DNA of 64,000 bases from an uncultured Lachnospiraceae bacterium (GCA_944384295.1 CALWSU010000010.1:2061-66060); one strand, 5' to 3'. Positions 40,418 to 50,401 are shown, numbered from the stretch's first letter. The notes: generated by a model from the sequence alone, not told the origin. A program made the numbers and translations.

Positions 40418-41302
40418 CTAAATCGCTGCATCTGCGCCAGAACTGGCGAAACTTTCTTGACATAATGCAGGCGTAAGCAATCCGCCATGTTGTTGCGCCT
40501 GCGCGCAAAGATATGCCTTGACTTGTGCAGGTGTCAAGTGTGGCGATTGTTCGAGCAGACAGGCAGCGATACCACTGACAAGCGGTGTTGCCATGGAAGC
40601 GCCGCTCATGGCGATATAATGCCCATCTATGATATTGTTGGTACTGCGGTTGGGCAATGAGAAATTGTAATCCGGTGAAAGCGCGGAAATGATGTTTTCA
40701 CCATGTGCCCAAACATCAGGCAATACAGGCGCGGCAAAACGCTTGCCCGCCAAAGCGGCAAAATAATGTTGGTCTTCCCATGTGCCAACAGACAGTACAT
40801 TGGGGCTGATGAGCGGCGGTGGTGAAAAACAGACGCCACCGTCTGGGTTTGCCGCTGCCGCAGTGACAACGATTCCTTTCTGCCAAAGTGCGTCCACTGC
40901 TTCCACAAGAGGAACATGGATTTTTCTGTCATTGGTGCCGATAGATAAATTGACTACTTTTATATTATATTTGGCGGCGTTGTCCATTATCCATCGCATG
41001 GCACGTATGGCACGGGCAGAAGTGCCTTGCCCATAGGCGTCTAATATTTTCAAAGCAATGATATGCGCTTGCGGTGCAGCGCCGCAATATTTGCCATCTG
41101 CATACCAGCCATTGCCGCAGGCGATGCCGGCGACGTGCGTGCCATGCCCGTTATCATCGTATGGCTGTGTGCGTCCATATAAAAAATCCACAAAAGCGAC
41201 AATGCGGTTGATGGGCTTTGTAAAGTCTGCAATGGCAGAGATGCCGGTATCCAAAAAAGCAATGCCAATTCCTTTGCCGGTATAATGTGTATCTGTGTGC
41301 AT
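40418..41302 (-). CDS. S8 family subtilisin-like serine protease (AprX-like, no signal or propeptide)
   Basis: Triad motifs FLDTG, HGTHVAG, SGASMATP; VVNLSIG. Confidence 0.9.
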   Translation of the reverse strand: MHTDTHYTGKGIGIAFLDTGISAIADFTKPINRIVAFVDFLYGRTQPYDDNGHGTHVAGIACGNGWYADGKYCGAAPQAHIIALKILDAYGQGTSARAIRAMRWIMDNAAKYNIKVVNLSIGTNDRKIHVPLVEAVDALWQKGIVVTAAAANPDGGVCFSPPPLISPNVLSVGTWEDQHYFAALAGKRFAAPVLPDVWAHGENIISALSPDYNFSLPNRSTNNIIDGHYIAMSGASMATPLVSGIAACLLEQSPHLTPAQVKAYLCAQAQQHGGLLTPALCQESFASSGADAAI

Positions 41303-41455
41303 AGCAAAAACCCCCTTTCTCTCAACTTATGAAGCAGACGCAATTCGGTGATTGTTGAGAGAAAAAACTTTCTGTGCTATGGCATGTTTTGGCACAAAAC
41401 AACATAAAAATAAAGTATGCCATCATCGTTGTGCGCAAAAAAAAGGGGGAATACC

Positions 41456-41992
41456 ATGGAGCAACAAAAAGCCGAAGATTTGTTGGGTATGATGGAAAGA
41501 TTGCGCCGGTTCCAAAAGCTGATGCAAAGTACAGAAAATTCGGATATGTCAAACACAGCACAACCTTCCATATCACAGACACCAATGTCACAGACATCCA
41601 TGTCACAGACACCAATACCACAAGATGCACAATGCAGGGAAAATATGATACTGGCGGCAATCCCATTTTTAGATTGGGCATATCAAAAGGACTTATATGT
41701 TGTGGTACGGCTGATGCAGATGCGGCGTATGTGTGAAGGGGGATTATTGGAAGCGCGCAGCAAAGAGGAGGCACCGCAAATCCGCAGACAAAAGATGTTG
41801 GAAGCGATTTTGCCATTTTTACCGAAGCAGGAACAACAGCAAATCGACTTTTTATGTCGTATGATGCAGGCAAAATACATTTTAGAACAAAGGGAGGATT
41901 TATATGCAGGTATGGGAAAAACCAGAAATACAAGCCTTGGGGGAAGAACGGATTCATTTATTGCAAGAAGCGGTAGAAAAAAGCCGGGATAA
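41456..41992 (+). CDS. Hypothetical protein with SQTP/SQTS repeats
   Basis: RBS AGGGG; repeated LAAIPFL / LEAILPFL helical units; divergent from the protease. Confidence 0.65.
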   Translation: MEQQKAEDLLGMMERLRRFQKLMQSTENSDMSNTAQPSISQTPMSQTSMSQTPIPQDAQCRENMILAAIPFLDWAYQKDLYVVVRLMQMRRMCEGGLLEARSKEEAPQIRRQKMLEAILPFLPKQEQQQIDFLCRMMQAKYILEQREDLYAGMGKTRNTSLGGRTDSFIARSGRKKPG

Positions 41993-42176
41993 AACAGGGC
42001 TTGCCAGATTAGATGTATTTTTAGAATACAGCGAAAAACTAGCGGAAGGCGGCGCGCTTTCTGCGCAACAAAAAGAAGCCTTGATTTTGGCAATGGAAGA
42101 AAGTCTATCTCCACAAGAGAAACAACAATGGCAGCAGGCACAGCAATTGATGCACATGTTTTCACAAAACGCATAA
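41904..42176 (+). CDS. Small helical hypothetical protein
   Basis: RBS GGAGG before MQVWEKPE; overlaps the previous ORF by 89 bp in another frame. Confidence 0.7.
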   Translation: MQVWEKPEIQALGEERIHLLQEAVEKSRDKTGLARLDVFLEYSEKLAEGGALSAQQKEALILAMEESLSPQEKQQWQQAQQLMHMFSQNA

Positions 42177-42241
42177 AAAAAGTAAAAAAATACGCCTCAG
42201 TTCTAAAATATTGGGAAAGAACAGGCGTATTTTTTATATGG

Positions 42242-42472
42242 TTATCGTTCGCCTTGGGAAAGCAAAAGCAAGCATGCAAGTGCGGCAGAAGGGAAAGCTG
42301 ATGTATTTTTTTGCTGTGGGTTGGTATGTTTGGACGGCTCTTTGTTTTCTGTATGTGACATGGGCATGTGCGACATGTGCGGCATGTGCGACATGTGCGG
42401 CATGTGCGACATGGTTGGAACAGCAGTTTGATTTTGCAGAAATGGCGTAGGGATTTGTTTTTTTGTATACAT
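42242..42472 (-). CDS. Small His/Met/Pro-repeat protein
   Basis: Minus-strand RBS AAGGAG shortly before the ATG; MSHMPHMSHMPHMSHMPMSH encoded by an 18-bp tandem repeat. Confidence 0.65.
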   Translation of the reverse strand: MYTKKQIPTPFLQNQTAVPTMSHMPHMSHMPHMSHMPMSHTENKEPSKHTNPQQKNTSAFPSAALACLLLLSQGER

Positions 42473-42619
42473 TTTGATACACTCCTTTTTGATATGACAA
42501 TCTCTTTTTTTTAGATATATGCAGTGAGAAAAAGTTTTTTGCCCTTTTTTTACACGAAAGCGTCATTTTATGATATGATGAAAAGAAAAAACAGATGAGA
42601 AGGAAAAGACTGGTGCAGT

Positions 42620-43411
42620 ATGAAAAAGGAACGACGAGAGCGAAACTTCCGTATTTTGGAGTTTCGTGAAAATAAATATGATATCATCGGGGATATACAT
42701 GGCTGTTATGAAGAATTGATTTTATTGATAGAACAGTTGGGATATGAAAAAAAAGATGGTTTATATGTCCACCCAGAAGGCAGAAGGTTGATTTCTGTGG
42801 GTGATGTTGCGGATAAAGGTCCTCGCAATTTGGATTGTCTACATTTTTGGATGGACCAAGTAACATATAATGGCGCATTTTGGGTACATGGCAACCATTG
42901 TAATAAATTATATCGTTATTTTTTAGGGAATCATGTACGTATATCGCATGGACTGGAAAAAACACTTTGCGAATTGGACGCATTGCCGAAAGAAGAAAGA
43001 CAGGCATTTCGCCGTCGGTATATGCAATGTTATGAAAGCCAATGCTATTATCTTTTGTTGGATAAAAAACGTCTGGCAATCGTGCATGGCGGCTTGCAGG
43101 AAGAAAGTATGGGGAATTTTTCCGGCAGGATTCGCGCGGTATGCTTATATGGAGAAACCACAGGCGAAACAGACGAAAACGGCAGACCACAGCGCAGGGA
43201 TTGGGCGGCGTCTTATCATGGGAAAGCATTGGTGGTATATGGACATACCGTAACGGCTGCGCCGATATTGGTCAATCATACGGTAGATATTGACCAAGGC
43301 TGTGTATATGGCGGATATTTAACGGCATTGCGCTATCCTGAAATGGAATTTGTGCAGGTGCGTGGCAAGCCTTATGCAGAATATCATGGAGATGGCGTAT
43401 TGCCAAAATAA
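42620..43411 (+). CDS. Metallophosphoesterase, PrpE-like (bis(5'-nucleosyl)-tetraphosphatase)
   Basis: GDIHG, GDVADKG, GNH, HGG, YGHT, DQGCVYGG.LTA motifs. Confidence 0.85.
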   Translation: MKKERRERNFRILEFRENKYDIIGDIHGCYEELILLIEQLGYEKKDGLYVHPEGRRLISVGDVADKGPRNLDCLHFWMDQVTYNGAFWVHGNHCNKLYRYFLGNHVRISHGLEKTLCELDALPKEERQAFRRRYMQCYESQCYYLLLDKKRLAIVHGGLQEESMGNFSGRIRAVCLYGETTGETDENGRPQRRDWAASYHGKALVVYGHTVTAAPILVNHTVDIDQGCVYGGYLTALRYPEMEFVQVRGKPYAEYHGDGVLPK

Positions 43412-43727
43412 AAAAATATTTGTATCAGAATATAAAAAGGGTATGATATTTTTGAATGAGAAAAAATATCATACCTTTTTTTGATTCTGATTTTGGTATT
43501 GAAAATCATACCATTTTTTTCAGAAAATAAATTGACAAATGTATATTTTTTTCTTTATGATGAAAAATATAGAAAAAAGATTTTGATATGCCATACAAGA
43601 AAGCACGAAACTTTGAAACAATGAATCTAGTTTCGCGCTTTCCGTTTTTTGGGGATATGGCAAAAATGTATTTTTTCTAATCACTGGCAAAACAAACAAT
43701 AGAAAAACAGAAGGGAGTATCAGAACA

Positions 43728-45101
43728 ATGCAACATTATATGGAACGATTGTTTCATCTCTCCGAAAACCGTACCAATGTCAAAACGGAGATTGCAGCAG
43801 GTGTGACCACATTCATGACAATGGCGTATATTTTGGCTGTCAATCCCAGTATATTGGGCGAAACTGGCATGGACAGCGGCGCGGTGTTTACAGCGACAGC
43901 CGTTGCTTCTGCGTTTGCAACGCTTTTGATGGCATTCTTTTCCAATTATCCGTTTGCGCTTGCGCCAGGCATGGGCTTGAACGCATTTTTCGCGTATACG
44001 GTCGTACTGAAAATGGGCTTTAGTTGGCAGACAGCACTTGCGGCGGTATTTGTCGAAGGGATTATTTTTATTGTGCTTTCTTTGACCAATGTACGAGAAG
44101 CAATTTTCAACTGTATTCCATTGAGCTTGAAACTGGGTATTACAAGCGGGATAGGGCTATTTATTGCTTTTATTGGTCTGCAAAACAGCCACTTGGTTGT
44201 TGATAGTTCTACATTGGTATCTTTATTCCCATTTCGTACTTCTTTGGAGGACGGCAGTTTTTGGTCTATGGGTATGGGCGCAGTATTGGCGTTTGTGGGT
44301 GTGATATTGACCGCTGTTTTGATGTATAAAAAAGTGCCGGGCAGTATTTTGCTTGGGATTTTGGGTACATGGATATTAGGTATTTTGTGTGAGTTGACTG
44401 GTCTGTATCAGCCCAATTTAGAATTGGGTATGGCTTCTGTATTGCCAGATTTTTCCGCGGGTCTGAGCATACCTTCTTTGGCATCGACATTCTTTCAGAT
44501 GGATTTTTCTGGTTTGCTGAATTTTAATTTTATTACGATTATGTTGTCGTTTTTGTTTGTGGATTTATTCGATACCATTGGTACACTCATTGGTGTTGCA
44601 TCAAAAGCCGATATGTTGGACGAAAACGGAAAGTTACCGCGTATTCGAGGTGCACTGCTTGCCGATGCTGTCGGCACAACCGCTGGCGCGATTTTAGGTA
44701 CTTCTACCGTAAGCACTTATGTAGAAAGTTCCTCCGGCGTTATGGCAGGCGGCAGAACGGGCTTGACTTCTTTGGTAACAGGGATTTTATTCCTGCTTTC
44801 TCTGTTGTTATCACCCATCTTTTTGGCAATTCCTTCTTTTGCCACAGCACCCGCATTGATTGTGGTAGGGTTTTTGATGGTAGAATCTATTTGCAAAGTG
44901 GAGTTTGCCGATTTGGCAGAGGCAATGCCTGCATTTGTGGCTATGATTGCTATGCCGTTTATGTATTCTATTTCAGAAGGGATTGCACTAGGTGTGATTT
45001 CCTATGCTTTGATACATGTTTGTACAGGCAAAGCCAAACAAGTACATTGGTTGCTGTATTTGTTGGCACTTGCATTTATTTTGAAATATATTTTTGTGTA
45101 A
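43728..45101 (+). CDS. NCS2 family purine permease (AzgA/PbuO-like)
   Basis: TTFMTMAYI..VNP, APGMGLNAFF, DLFDTIGT, TYVESSSG, GGRTGLT, PMFSISEG-like motif. Confidence 0.92.
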   Translation: MQHYMERLFHLSENRTNVKTEIAAGVTTFMTMAYILAVNPSILGETGMDSGAVFTATAVASAFATLLMAFFSNYPFALAPGMGLNAFFAYTVVLKMGFSWQTALAAVFVEGIIFIVLSLTNVREAIFNCIPLSLKLGITSGIGLFIAFIGLQNSHLVVDSSTLVSLFPFRTSLEDGSFWSMGMGAVLAFVGVILTAVLMYKKVPGSILLGILGTWILGILCELTGLYQPNLELGMASVLPDFSAGLSIPSLASTFFQMDFSGLLNFNFITIMLSFLFVDLFDTIGTLIGVASKADMLDENGKLPRIRGALLADAVGTTAGAILGTSTVSTYVESSSGVMAGGRTGLTSLVTGILFLLSLLLSPIFLAIPSFATAPALIVVGFLMVESICKVEFADLAEAMPAFVAMIAMPFMYSISEGIALGVISYALIHVCTGKAKQVHWLLYLLALAFILKYIFV

Positions 45102-45122
45102 ACACAAAAAAGCAAAAAAAAT

Positions 45123-45168
45123 AAAAAAGTGGTTGTCTCTCTGTCATAGAAGGACAACCGCTTTTTTT
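45123..45168. terminator. Bidirectional intrinsic terminator
   Basis: aaaaaagtggttgtc...gacaaccgctttttt between convergent genes. Confidence 0.75.
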
Positions 45169-46996
45169 ATGCTGCTGTTTCAAAAAATTGTTGGCGCCAT
45201 ACCAAGAACATATAAATTGTCCAAATCTTTCGACTGTTGTCGGCTTTTCCAGCGCGATGCTCGTCCAGATAACGTACAATTTCTTCTGTTTTGAAAAATT
45301 CTTTTGCCGCTTTGCTTTCAAATGCTGCTTTCACACGGTTGTAATATGCGTCTTCTTTCAGCCAGATACGAATAGGTACAGGGAATCCGAGTTTCTTTTT
45401 CTCTGCTACCATATCAGGTAAATAACGGTGTGCCGCCTGACGCATCGCATATTTTGTATTTTCTTTATTGACTTTATAACGTGTCGGTACGGTACGCGCT
45501 ACATCAAATACCACACGGTCTAAGAAAGGTACACGTACTTCCAGAGAGTGCGCCATACTCATTTTATCTGCTTTGAGCAAAATGTCCCCAATCAACCAGA
45601 AATGCATATCAATATATTGCATTTTGGTCACATCATCTAAATGTTTTACTTTTTCATAATAAGGTGCGGTCAACTGCATATAGGGATATTTGCCACTGGG
45701 GGATTTGAGTATTTTTTCTCTTTCTGCCATGTCAAACATAAACGCGTTACCAATGAAACGTTGCTGCAATTCCTTGCTGCCGCGTATGATATAGTTTCGT
45801 CCTTTGATATGGGGCATTTTTTTTGCGACAGCCCCCATAGCTTTACGTACAGGACGTGGCAGTCTGGTAATGGGCAACAAGTCGTGCGGTTCCCGATAAA
45901 TGTTGTAGCCGCCGAAAAATTCGTCTGCGCCTTCCCCAGACAAAGAAACCTTGACATGTTTCGCGGCAGTCTGGCTGACAAAATACAGCGCGATGGCAGA
46001 AGGGTCAGCCAAAGGCTCGTCCATATGGTATTGTACTTTGCTGATGGTATCCCAATATTCGTCCTTGGAAATCAGTTTGCTGTAATTATCAATATGGATT
46101 TTTTCAGATAATGCTTTTGCATAATCGATTTCGTTGTATTTTTCATAGTCAAAGCCCACAGTGAATGTTTTATCTCCATGAAAACATGCCGCAACATAAG
46201 AACTGTCCACCCCGCTGGAGAGGAAGGAACCTACTTCTACATCGCTGATTTTATGGCTTTGTATAGAGTTTTGCATGGCTTGGTCGATTTCTTCTACAAA
46301 GCTTTCCAGACTTTTGTTTTGGTCTGGTTCAAAAACAGGCTCCCAATACCGATGTATGTCCAATTTTCCATCATGGAATGTAAAACAATGGGCAGGGGGC
46401 AGTTTGAAAATACCTTTAAAAAATGTTTCTGGCAGTACGCTATATTGGAATGTTAGATAATTTTCCAGTGCTTCTGGATTGACTTGTTTTGGTAGTGTGG
46501 GGTATTCCAATATACTCTTGATTTCAGAACCATATATGAATTGCCCATCATGCAAGGCATAGTAAAACGGTTTGATACCGAAAAAGTCACGCGCGCCAAA
46601 TAGGGTTTGTTTGTTTTTGTCCCAGATGACAAAGGCAAACATACCACGCAGACGAGGCAATAGGGCTTCGCCGTATTCCTCGTACCCATGCAGCAAGACT
46701 TCCGTATCTGCGTGACTGCTGAGTACATGTCCTTTTTGCAGCAATTCTTCACGCAGTTCTAAATGGTTATAGATTTCGCCATTGAATGTAATGACCATAT
46801 CTTTGGTTTCATTGTATATGGGCTGTGTACCGCCCTCTAAGTCTATGATGCTTAAACGACGAAATCCCATAGATACACCATCATCTATATGTTTTCCATC
46901 GCTGTCAGGACCGCGATGTATGATTTTTTGCATCATATTTTCTAATATTTCTTCGGAAGTCGCAAGACGTCCTGTAAAGCCGCAAATGCCGCACAT
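45167..46996 (-). CDS. asnB: Asparagine synthase (glutamine-hydrolysing)
   Basis: N-terminal MCGICG, HRGPD, RLSIID, FNGEIYN, ARD.FGIKP, LSSGVDSS, SGEGADE.FGGY, LEVRVPFLD. Confidence 0.95.
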   Translation of the reverse strand: MCGICGFTGRLATSEEILENMMQKIIHRGPDSDGKHIDDGVSMGFRRLSIIDLEGGTQPIYNETKDMVITFNGEIYNHLELREELLQKGHVLSSHADTEVLLHGYEEYGEALLPRLRGMFAFVIWDKNKQTLFGARDFFGIKPFYYALHDGQFIYGSEIKSILEYPTLPKQVNPEALENYLTFQYSVLPETFFKGIFKLPPAHCFTFHDGKLDIHRYWEPVFEPDQNKSLESFVEEIDQAMQNSIQSHKISDVEVGSFLSSGVDSSYVAACFHGDKTFTVGFDYEKYNEIDYAKALSEKIHIDNYSKLISKDEYWDTISKVQYHMDEPLADPSAIALYFVSQTAAKHVKVSLSGEGADEFFGGYNIYREPHDLLPITRLPRPVRKAMGAVAKKMPHIKGRNYIIRGSKELQQRFIGNAFMFDMAEREKILKSPSGKYPYMQLTAPYYEKVKHLDDVTKMQYIDMHFWLIGDILLKADKMSMAHSLEVRVPFLDRVVFDVARTVPTRYKVNKENTKYAMRQAAHRYLPDMVAEKKKLGFPVPIRIWLKEDAYYNRVKAAFESKAAKEFFKTEEIVRYLDEHRAGKADNSRKIWTIYMFLVWRQQFFETAA

Positions 46997-47108
46997 GATG
47001 TGCGCCTCCTTTCCTACCATAACGAAATTTTCTGCTTTTGTGCAGAAAATCAAAAATTTCCTGCCCCTCTCATGCTGGAAGGGCAGAATGTATTTTATTA
47101 TATTTGTT

Positions 47109-48758
47109 TTATTCTACGTCTATTGTTTCATCTGTGTCTGAAATTTGATAAGGGTCTGGGCGTTCTGCATATCTGCCGAATAATGTGGAAAGATAATACA
47201 GACCTTTTGTAAAACCGCTGTCCCATTGACTCCAATCAAAACGGAAACACCAATTGCCGCCAGCTACACCAGGCAGATTCATACGATGTCTGCTGTCCAG
47301 ATTCAATACATCTTGCAAAGGTACGATAGAAACCGCCGCTGGAGAGGAAATCGCCATGCGAATGAAGTCCCAAGCCACATCATGCCCATCTACATTCAGA
47401 TAACGGCGATAATGGTCTTTTTCGGCTTCGGTTGCGGTAGCATACCAGCCAATGGTAGTGTCATTATCGTGTGTGCCAGAATACATAATGCTGTTGTAAT
47501 CACAGCTATGTGGCAGATACGCATTATTTTTATCATTCCCGAAAGCAAACTGCAAAATACGCATACCTGGCAAACCAGCTTCTGCACGCAGTGCGCGTAC
47601 TTCGTCTGTAATGATGCCCAAATCTTCCGCAATCAATGGCAAGTTTCCTAATTTTTTTTGTAAGGTCTGGAAGAATGTCATGCCAGGACCTTTTTTCCAT
47701 TCGCCCTTCACTGCGTTTGGCGCGCCAAAGGGAATTTCCCAATAACTTTCAAAGGCGCGGAAATGGTCGATACGTAAATAATCTACATCTTTCAAAGCTT
47801 TTTGGATACGTGAAGTCCACCATGCAAATTGTGTTTTTTGATGCGCTTTCCAGTCATATAAGGGATTGCCCCAAAGCTGACCTTCTGCACAGAAATAATC
47901 TGGCGGTACGCCAGCCACAACAGTGGGGAAACCTTTACTGTCCAATTGGAATAATTTTTGATTTGCCCAGACATCGGCACTGTCATAAGCAACAAAAATA
48001 GGTGCGTCCCCAATGATTTCTACGCCATGCGCATTGGCATATGCTTTGAGTTTTTGCCATTGTGTGGCAAACAAGAATTGATAAAATTTTTCTTCTTCGA
48101 TTTCTTTTTCTAAAAGGCGTGTCCATTTACGCAATGTTTGTGCATTGCGTTTGCGCAGTGCGCGTGGCCATGTGACCCAGCTTGCTGCCGCAAAATAGTC
48201 TAGCTGTTCATCTTCTGTCAAAATATCTGCGGATTCTGCGCAGAAAGTTTTCCAGTCTTCGCTTTGTGGCTGTGCGGCGTGTTCTGCTTGAAAATGCGCA
48301 CGCAGTACAACATATAGCGCGAAATCGTCCAGCCAATCGGCTTCTTTTTCGCAATAAGCTGCGAAATCTTCTTGCAACTGGGAATTTGGTTGCTCACAAA
48401 ATGCAGCATATGCTTTTTTGAATAAAGGCAGTTTCCAATTCGCTGCCGCCTCATAGTCCACCAATTCTTTATCAAAATGGGGCAGGTTTTGTAAGTCTGC
48501 TTCTGTCAATAAACCTGCTTCGCATAAAAGTTGTGGGCTGATGAGCAGTATATTTCCTGCAAAAGCGGAAATGCTTTGGTAAGGTGAGTTGCCATACCCA
48601 ATGGGACAAAGTGGCAAAATTTGCCATAACGTTTGTCCTGCAAGCTCCAATGTATCCACAAATCGGTATGCATCTGCGCCAAAATCACCAATGCCAAATG
48701 GCGATGGCAAAGAAGTCGGATGTAATAAGATACCGCTTTTTCGTTCTTGAAATACCAT
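47109..48758 (-). CDS. malQ: 4-alpha-glucanotransferase (amylomaltase)
   Basis: SGILLHPTSLP, SPYQS.SAFAGN, AGVPPDYF...GQLWGNP, RIDHFR, AEDLG, GTHDNDT, MNLPG. Confidence 0.96.
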   Translation of the reverse strand: MVFQERKSGILLHPTSLPSPFGIGDFGADAYRFVDTLELAGQTLWQILPLCPIGYGNSPYQSISAFAGNILLISPQLLCEAGLLTEADLQNLPHFDKELVDYEAAANWKLPLFKKAYAAFCEQPNSQLQEDFAAYCEKEADWLDDFALYVVLRAHFQAEHAAQPQSEDWKTFCAESADILTEDEQLDYFAAASWVTWPRALRKRNAQTLRKWTRLLEKEIEEEKFYQFLFATQWQKLKAYANAHGVEIIGDAPIFVAYDSADVWANQKLFQLDSKGFPTVVAGVPPDYFCAEGQLWGNPLYDWKAHQKTQFAWWTSRIQKALKDVDYLRIDHFRAFESYWEIPFGAPNAVKGEWKKGPGMTFFQTLQKKLGNLPLIAEDLGIITDEVRALRAEAGLPGMRILQFAFGNDKNNAYLPHSCDYNSIMYSGTHDNDTTIGWYATATEAEKDHYRRYLNVDGHDVAWDFIRMAISSPAAVSIVPLQDVLNLDSRHRMNLPGVAGGNWCFRFDWSQWDSGFTKGLYYLSTLFGRYAERPDPYQISDTDETIDVE

Positions 48759-49087
48759 AAGAAATAGCCTCCTTTTGCAGTATAGTATTTTGCAATTTTG
48801 GAATTTTATTTTTTATTTTCGATTTTCACAAAATGCTATCTCTGCGTTTGTTTCCAATGTAGTTGGTATGTGTTTGCATATTTTACATATTCTCATTTTG
48901 TTTCCCCAATCGAATGATGTGCCAAAACAAACCAAACATTGTGACATCTCCTTATTTTATCAGTTTTTATACAAAGATACTATCCGCAGAACTGCCAAAA
49001 ATTACGCGCTTTACCAACAAAAAGACAGGATTTTTCCGTGCGGTTGGCGCAAACTGATTTTGCAAAGCAAAAAAAGGAGGGTATGCA

Positions 49088-49429
49088 ATGAGAAAACAAT
49101 TTTTGATTGCACTATGTTGCTGTGCCGTTTGTCTGTTCAGTGGCGGTTGTGGCAGCAAAACCGCAAACCATCTGGGCAATACGATAGACGCAAACGATGA
49201 CGTATATGGCAGTAACATATATTGGGACGGCTATGGCATCAATACCGGTTATGATATGGATCGCACAACGTATGGCACGACAAAAGAGGATTTGGACGCA
49301 TTGGGCTATGATGTCAAAGAAGACCTCAAAGACTTGGGCAATGACATGAAAAACGCTGTGACCAATAATCCTGTCACACGTACTGTGGAAGATGCCACAA
49401 ACACCAATTCTGCCGCTATGGTGAACTAA
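49088..49429 (+). CDS. Hypothetical lipoprotein
   Basis: RBS AGGAGG; lipobox SGGC; acidic D/N-rich body. Confidence 0.7.
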   Translation: MRKQFLIALCCCAVCLFSGGCGSKTANHLGNTIDANDDVYGSNIYWDGYGINTGYDMDRTTYGTTKEDLDALGYDVKEDLKDLGNDMKNAVTNNPVTRTVEDATNTNSAAMVN

Positions 49430-49437
49430 CGAATGAT

Positions 49438-49797
49438 ATGGGACAAAAATTTCAGATTCGTGTGATTGGTGTGTTGACAGGTTTTGTCAATGGGCTGTTT
49501 GGCAGTGGCGGTGGCACATTGGTGGTACCAGCAATGGAACGCTTTTTAGGTGTGGAGGAACATGAGGCGCACGCAACAGCAATTGCTGTGATATTGCCCC
49601 TGTCGCTCATCTCTTTGGGGATTTATCTGTGGCGTACAGATAGTGGGGCGTTTTTGCGTGTTGCCTTATGGGCGTCCGCAGGCGGTGTGGTAGGCGGCTG
49701 GATTGGTGCAAAGCTATTATCCCATCTAAGCGGCATATGGCTGCATCGTATTTTTGGTATTTTTATGCTGGCAGCGGCGGTGCGTATGTTCCTATGA
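49438..49797 (+). CDS. Sulfite exporter TauE/SafE family, half protein 1
   Basis: GFVNGLFGSGGGTLVVP, AHATAI, GGWIGAKL. Confidence 0.85.
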   Translation: MGQKFQIRVIGVLTGFVNGLFGSGGGTLVVPAMERFLGVEEHEAHATAIAVILPLSLISLGIYLWRTDSGAFLRVALWASAGGVVGGWIGAKLLSHLSGIWLHRIFGIFMLAAAVRMFL

Positions 49798-50153
49798 TGT
49801 GGGGCGTTTTGATTGCCGCCGTATTTGCCGGCATCATCAGCGGTATGGGGATTGGCGGCGGTGTATTGCTGATTCCCGCGCTGTTGTTTTTGACAGACTT
49901 GAATCAACAGCAAGTACAAGGCGTCAATTTATTATATTTTTTGCCAACTGCCATCATTGCGCTGGTACAGCATGTGCGTGCAAAACGTGTGCGTATGGAA
50001 ATCGCAAAGCCTTTGCTTGCCGTAGGCTGGCTGGGGGCATTGGGTGGCGCTGCATTAGCAGTGTGGCTGGATGCGACACTGTTGCGGCGCATCTTTGGCG
50101 GTTTTCTTTTTGTGATGGGCTGGATGGAGCTTTGCAAACGCAAACCGATGTAA
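49794..50153 (+). CDS. Sulfite exporter TauE/SafE family, half protein 2
   Basis: GIISGMGIGGGVLLIPAL, QGVNLLYF, GALGGAALA; ATGA overlap with half 1. Confidence 0.85.
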   Translation: MMWGVLIAAVFAGIISGMGIGGGVLLIPALLFLTDLNQQQVQGVNLLYFLPTAIIALVQHVRAKRVRMEIAKPLLAVGWLGALGGAALAVWLDATLLRRIFGGFLFVMGWMELCKRKPM

Positions 50154-50230
50154 GAACGATATAAAACCGATACAAAACCCACATAAAACCCATATCTAAC
50201 CAATAAAAACCAGAAAGGAGCAGGCAATGT

Positions 50231-50401
50231 ATGGACTATTCTAAATTTGAACAACTCAAGAAAAAATTTGCAAAAGCCAATACAGATGAAAAAGTGTCGT
50301 TATATGTCAATACGCCGGATTTGACAAAAGACCAATACCGCGAATTGCTCGAAATGTATCCAAAAAGTGAATGGAACTTGCTGGACCAAGCATTGTGGTA
50401 A
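50231..50401 (+). CDS. Small protein (56 aa) below the ORF-track cutoff
   Basis: RBS AAGGAG; MDYSKFEQLKKKFAKANTDEKVSLYVNTPDLTKDQYRELLEMYPKSEWNLLDQALW. Confidence 0.7.
   Translation: MDYSKFEQLKKKFAKANTDEKVSLYVNTPDLTKDQYRELLEMYPKSEWNLLDQALW

Noticed and set aside
42211-42450. Cys-rich + strand ORF (CATCAACATCAACAT) as a RiPP or metallothionein precursor
   Set aside because: No RBS and no modifying enzymes nearby; the opposite strand has a clear RBS and explains the same repeat. Not fully excluded.
42620-43411. Pnkp-Hen1 RNA repair system
   Set aside because: Only the phosphoesterase domain is present; there are no kinase or ligase domains and no hen1 neighbour. PrpE-like fits better.
49438-50153. 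Split TauE/SafE gene as a frameshifted pseudogene
   Set aside because: Both halves are intact with an ATGA coupling, and half-size TauE pairs are common in Clostridia.
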